Of a stretch of 64,000 nucleotides of DNA, positions 61,071-64,000 are shown in pieces. Each line of letters opens with the position of its first letter. The stretch's first letter is position 1. The notes beneath the pieces were generated by a model. It had not been told where the DNA came from, ran no database searches, and was given only the letters and a program-made list of their open reading frames with translations. The translations under genes were made by a program, and so were the position numbers. The stretch comes from Candidatus Sericytochromatia bacterium (GTDB lineage Bacteria > Cyanobacteriota > Sericytochromatia > UBA7694): NCBI GenBank assembly GCA_018780035.1, contig JADMKE010000014.1, forward strand, positions 9,271 to 73,270, read 5' to 3'.

Positions 61071-61101
61071 TGTGTGTGTGAACTTTGAAAATCAAATACA
61101 A

Positions 61102-61183
61102 GTCGGCGTGTCCGAGTGGTTAAGGAAGCAGTCTGCAAAACTGTTGGGGAAACCCGTCGTGAGTTCAAATCTCACCGCCGACT
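61102..61183 (+). tRNA. tRNA with anticodon GCA (Cys) and discriminator U73, but class-II-like long variable arm (14 nt) and 3-bp D-stem
   Basis: Manual fold: acceptor GTCGGCG/CGCCGAC; D TCC-GAGTGGTTAAG-GGA; anticodon stem GCAGT/ACTGT with loop CTGCAAA; variable TGGGGAAACCCGTC; T-arm GTGAG-TTCAAAT-CTCAC. CCA is not encoded. Confidence 0.65.
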
Positions 61184-61231
61184 CTGAAGTTGCTCCCATC
61201 ACATGGGTGAAAATGGGCAACTTCTCTTTTG

Positions 61232-61307
61232 TGCGCGAGTGAAGGGAATTTGGCATACCTCAGATACTCAGAATATCTGGTTTAAGCGTTCGAGTCGCTT
61301 CTCGCGT
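61232..61307 (+). tRNA. tRNA-like gene, anticodon CAG (Leu) but class-I shape (5-nt variable arm); imperfect D-stem
   Basis: Acceptor GCGCGAG/CTCGCGT (G1-U72). Anticodon stem AGATA/TATCT with loop CTCAGAA. T-arm AAGCG-TTCGAGT-CGCTT. Needs tRNAscan/ARAGORN confirmation. Confidence 0.45.
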
Positions 61308-61313
61308 ACCTTT

Positions 61314-61387
61314 TGCCGCAATACCCCAATTGGCAGAGGGAATAGGTCGAGAGCCTATTCAGTGAAAGTTCGAGTCTTTCTTGCGGT
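61314..61387 (+). tRNA. tRNA-like gene, anticodon GAG (Leu), class-I shape, C33 in anticodon loop
   Basis: Acceptor GCCGCAA/TTGCGGT. Anticodon stem (G)AATAGG/CCTATT(C) with loop TCGAGAG. T-arm GAAAG-TTCGAGT-CTTTC. Atypical, and may be a pseudo-tRNA. Confidence 0.4.
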
Positions 61388-61392
61388 ACTGA

Positions 61393-61472
61393 GGTCCCTG
61401 TGGCGTAACAGGTAGCCGCATCTGCCTTAAGAGCAGACGTTTATTCGTGGAGGTTCGAATCCTCTCAGGGAC
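61393..61472 (+). tRNA. tRNA-Leu (anticodon TAA)
   Basis: Acceptor GTCCCTG/CAGGGAC. D GCG-TAACAGGTAGC-CGC. Anticodon TCTGC-CTTAAGA-GCAGA. 11-nt variable arm. T GGAGG-TTCGAAT-CCTCT. Discriminator A. Confidence 0.8.
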
Positions 61473-61476
61473 ACTC

Positions 61477-61560
61477 TGTCGGAATGGGGGAATTGGTAGA
61501 CCCGGCAGGCTCAAACCCTGCTGCTTTAAAAAGCGTGAGAGTTCGAATCTCTCTTCCGAT
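61477..61560 (+). tRNA. tRNA-Leu (anticodon CAA)
   Basis: Acceptor GTCGGAA/TTCCGAT. Anticodon GCAGG-CTCAAAC-CCTGC. 15-nt variable arm with hairpin. T GAGAG-TTCGAAT-CTCTC. Discriminator A. Confidence 0.8.
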
Positions 61561-61627
61561 ATTGACTTTCTGAGGTCAAAGAATCAGAATCAATCCAGAC
61601 AGTCTAGATTTAAAAAAGGGGTGCTTC

Positions 61628-61879
61628 ATGTCCAAAAATTGGCAACTTCAAGAGGCAAAAAATAAATTCAGTCAGGTGGTCGATTGCGCGTGTAACGAAG
61701 GCCCCCAAATTGTGACACGACACGGAAAAGAAACCGTGGTGATTCTCTCACTTGAAGATGACCAAGAACTTTTAAAGCCCCAAAACGCCTTGGTCGATTT
61801 TTTTGCGGCATCCCCTTTAAAGGGCTTGAATTTAGATCTGGAAAGAAATGCTTCAGCACCCCGACCTGTTGATTTATGA
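61628..61879 (+). CDS. Phd/YefM-family antitoxin
   Basis: MSKNWQLQEAKNKFSQVVDCACNEGPQIVTRHGKETVVILSLEDDQELL is the typical Phd/YefM fold. ATGA overlap with the following PIN toxin ORF. Confidence 0.85.
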   Translation: MSKNWQLQEAKNKFSQVVDCACNEGPQIVTRHGKETVVILSLEDDQELLKPQNALVDFFAASPLKGLNLDLERNASAPRPVDL

Positions 61880-62019
61880 AATATCTGCTGGATACCTGTC
61901 TTCTCTCTGAATTACTCAAGCCACAACCCCAAGAGACTGTGATTGAATGGTTTCAAACGGTTCCAGAAACACAGCTCTATTTGTCTGTTTTGACCCTGGG
62001 AGAACTTCATAAAGGGTGA
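61876..62019 (+). pseudogene. vapC: vapC (PIN-domain toxin) truncated after 47 codons
   Basis: MKYLLDTCLLSELLKPQPQETVIEWF...VLTLGELHKG then TGA. A full PIN domain is ~130 aa. TTAGCAA-type AT-rich repeats follow immediately, and composition drops to AT-rich. Confidence 0.75.
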
Positions 62020-62138
62020 GGGCAAGTTACAAGTTTAAAACCGGTGCTAGATTTAGCAAATTAGCAATGGTGTCAAGGGCAGTGAGTTAGTAAGGTAGTA
62101 ATTAGCAAATGACAATAATTCTTTTAAAAATTCAACAA

Positions 62139-62903
62139 TTAAATTTTTATATCAGCTGGTGAATTTCTTTTTTGAGAGCTTTCTTCTTTACTCATAAAAT
62201 CTTTATACATTCGGATATTGTTTTTTAAAATATTCGAATCTTTTGTCGCTTCAGATCTTGATCTTATTTTTAATGTTACATAATCTCGATTTCCCAACAA
62301 ACCTGTACTACTAACTTCATATCCATATTTTTCCCCCAAATAAATTTTTACGTTTTCTGCCCAAGCAAAAATTTTAAATTGAGAATTTTTCTCAATTTGC
62401 TCTCGAACATATTCGCCTCGGGTTTCTTCTGTATATTCTGTTCCTTGAAAAATTAACTTTGACCTAGAAAAATCATCAGCGAGACTTTTGCTATAAACCT
62501 TTGTTAACAGAAGTTGAGCTTTTGAGTTTTCTCGAGTCCAAATATCTAAATATTCTACATCCTCCCATAGTCTTGAATCAGTGTATTGACTAATTTCTTT
62601 ATCTCGATTATATTTTCTTTTTACAAGAGAAAGTGTTTCTTCTACTAAGTCGGCTTTTTTATCGCCCATTCGATTGGAAGTAGGATATGAAAGTTCAATA
62701 TCTAGGAAAACATTATCTTGCAACTGGCGAAATGCAATTATCCGCCAGACATCCATAGAATCAAGAGGACCAATATAATAGGTAGCTAAAAACGGATGTC
62801 TATTTATCCAATTAATGGTATCTTGGTATTTGTCTCCAGGAAGAGCATAAGCAGAATGACAAATCGATACAAATACTGATGTTAATAACAATATTTTTTT
62901 CAT
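62139..62903 (-). CDS. secreted hypothetical protein (AT-rich island 2)
   Basis: Signal peptide MKKILLLTSVFVSICHSAYA. Lys/Glu/Tyr-rich with low-GC codon usage. Confidence 0.6.
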   Translation of the reverse strand: MKKILLLTSVFVSICHSAYALPGDKYQDTINWINRHPFLATYYIGPLDSMDVWRIIAFRQLQDNVFLDIELSYPTSNRMGDKKADLVEETLSLVKRKYNRDKEISQYTDSRLWEDVEYLDIWTRENSKAQLLLTKVYSKSLADDFSRSKLIFQGTEYTEETRGEYVREQIEKNSQFKIFAWAENVKIYLGEKYGYEVSSTGLLGNRDYVTLKIRSRSEATKDSNILKNNIRMYKDFMSKEESSQKRNSPADIKI

Positions 62904-63002
62904 ATAGTCAATATTCCTAATATATCAATTATTTCTGACTCTAAATGAGTCCCAAGGTACACTTTCTGATGTTTGGCAAATGGCGAAGAATTTTAAGGTA
63001 AT

Positions 63003-63674
63003 TTAAACATCGGCAGAAACTATCGTTGCTCTGAAATCCAAAAAAACATGCAATAAATCAAGATGACTGCCATCTGAGCGGGTATGCTTACTTTCCCATT
63101 CATGGGGCAAATCTTTGAGAACCTGGACTTTTTTTAGGGGTTCAACAATGTTTAAAGTTGGATCCTCTTTTGAATTATCAAAGATCTTTTGTAATTGTCT
63201 AAACCAATGATCTGGAGATAAGTCCTGAATATAAGCCAACATTCCCGCTTCGGGCTGCTCCACGGCATACTCACATTTCAAAAAACACTGCATACCCCCA
63301 TCACCAGTATATTTACGGATAGTATGAGTACCTTTTTTTAAACGTTTGGCCTCAAAGCAAAATTTGGGTCGTGGTTTTGTGTGACTGTTAGAAATCACAA
63401 TATCTATGCGTTTGCGATTTTTTCCAGAAGCGGAAACATGTGGAACATGGGTTTCTTCTCCGATATGATAGTGTTCATATTCTTGTGGAGTGTCTCGATC
63501 ATTAAATCTTAAGTCTATGGCTTCTGTTAGCCAACCAGTGATATCTTCTTCTTGATTTTCGGGAGTCACTTTTGATTTGATATCTTCGTATCCCCAAGCT
63601 AAAAGCTGATGCACACACTCTCTAACTCTCGAAAAGTAAGTTTGCCAGAGAGCGTCTGGCTTATTTAAAATCAC
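63003..63674 (-). CDS. PD-(D/E)xK-like protein, paralogue of the 17392..18072 protein
   Basis: KRIDIVIS...KFCFEAKRLKKG...YTGDGGMQCFLKCEYA aligns to RPDFTCKK...ISFHIECKRLGS...YVTNGIARFDSAHEYG. The N-termini also match (ALWQ vs ALWEK). GTG start overlaps the upstream ORF stop (GTGA). Confidence 0.65.
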   Translation of the reverse strand: MILNKPDALWQTYFSRVRECVHQLLAWGYEDIKSKVTPENQEEDITGWLTEAIDLRFNDRDTPQEYEHYHIGEETHVPHVSASGKNRKRIDIVISNSHTKPRPKFCFEAKRLKKGTHTIRKYTGDGGMQCFLKCEYAVEQPEAGMLAYIQDLSPDHWFRQLQKIFDNSKEDPTLNIVEPLKKVQVLKDLPHEWESKHTRSDGSHLDLLHVFLDFRATIVSADV

Positions 63675-64000
63675 ACAAACGCTCCTGAATAACTCAGAAT
63701 CTCAGCAATGATTTCATCAGCATCAATCATGGCTTGGGTACATGTCCAATCTATCAAACGCGGAGTTTTCCAGATATGATAATATTTCCCATCCAAAACA
63801 CGCAGACCTTGTTGAACATAGAGCCATTGGCTAAAAGGCTTTTTTAAAATCTGCCATAGATGCTCATCTTCCTCAGATAGCTCTTCAAGTTTTTGAATAT
63901 AGGGAGCAAGCGGCTCTAGAGCATCAGTTATTTCTACAGTACAGGAAATAAATTCCGAGTATTGTTTTATGTTTATGAGATGATGTTTGTATGCAAATGA
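63671..64000 (-). CDS. hypothetical protein, N-terminus off-window, translationally coupled to the PD-(D/E)xK paralogue
   Basis: The minus-strand frame is open from the window end to the TGA at 63671..63673 (...KTPRLIDWTCTQAMIDADEIIAEILSYSGAFV*). No domain recognised. Confidence 0.5.
   Translation of the reverse strand, partial: SFAYKHHLINIKQYSEFISCTVEITDALEPLAPYIQKLEELSEEDEHLWQILKKPFSQWLYVQQGLRVLDGKYYHIWKTPRLIDWTCTQAMIDADEIIAEILSYSGAFV

Overview
The window is bacterial chromosome from a flagellated diderm. Outer-membrane beta-barrel proteins ending in aromatic F, many lipoboxes and a motility regulon establish that much. The lineage guess below is weak and rests on single resemblances: the ClpB N-terminus reads cyanobacterial-type from memory, the FliN homologue carries a CheC-like domain, and a sigma-28 FliA is present; together these hint at a deep-branching Melainabacteria-like lineage. 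Core, higher-GC content includes:
- flagellar and chemotaxis genes: flgF/flgG, a FlgJ-type rod-binding protein, fliM, a FliY-like CheC-FliN fusion, cheY, fliA, and the fliP-fliQ-fliR-flhB export operon;
- clpB, a trigger-factor-like gene, an oppD-oppF ATPase pair, rnz (tRNase Z), and a ComF-family phosphoribosyltransferase protein;
- a response-regulator/histidine-kinase hybrid, a c-di-GMP phosphodiesterase, and an AraC regulator;
- several large surface lipoproteins or adhesins with Pro/Thr-rich linkers.

Non-core content that stands out:
1. The 5' edge carries the C-terminally truncated TnpB of an IS200/IS605 (IS1341-type) element.
2. A ~4.2 kb visibly AT-rich island sits immediately after fliA. 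It encodes a 1064-aa gamma-class N6-adenine DNA methyltransferase (PglX/MmeI-like motifs) translationally coupled to a 226-aa PD-(D/E)xK-like protein. This is my best candidate for an undescribed RM/defence-type module.
3. A second AT-rich island lies after a 5-gene tRNA cluster and has truncated a phd-vapC toxin-antitoxin pair. It carries a diverged paralogue of the same PD-(D/E)xK protein, again translationally coupled to an upstream partner ORF that runs off the window, plus a secreted protein.
4. Two paralogous proteins with shared MAVPV N-termini and shared C-termini are encoded next to a GT2-methyltransferase fusion and a 986-aa Ig/beta-propeller lipoprotein; this could be a glycosylated surface-filament locus.
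5. Smaller items include an unusual tRNA with a GCA anticodon and a long variable arm, and two tRNA-like genes with Leu anticodons but class-I shape.
6. Others are G9 and (ACA)15 repeats inside surface-protein genes and duplicated DUF4388 regulators.
7. The remaining small items are a degenerate CheY paralogue, and an rnz gene whose conserved N-terminal region lacks a canonical start codon.

No CRISPR array or rRNA was seen.
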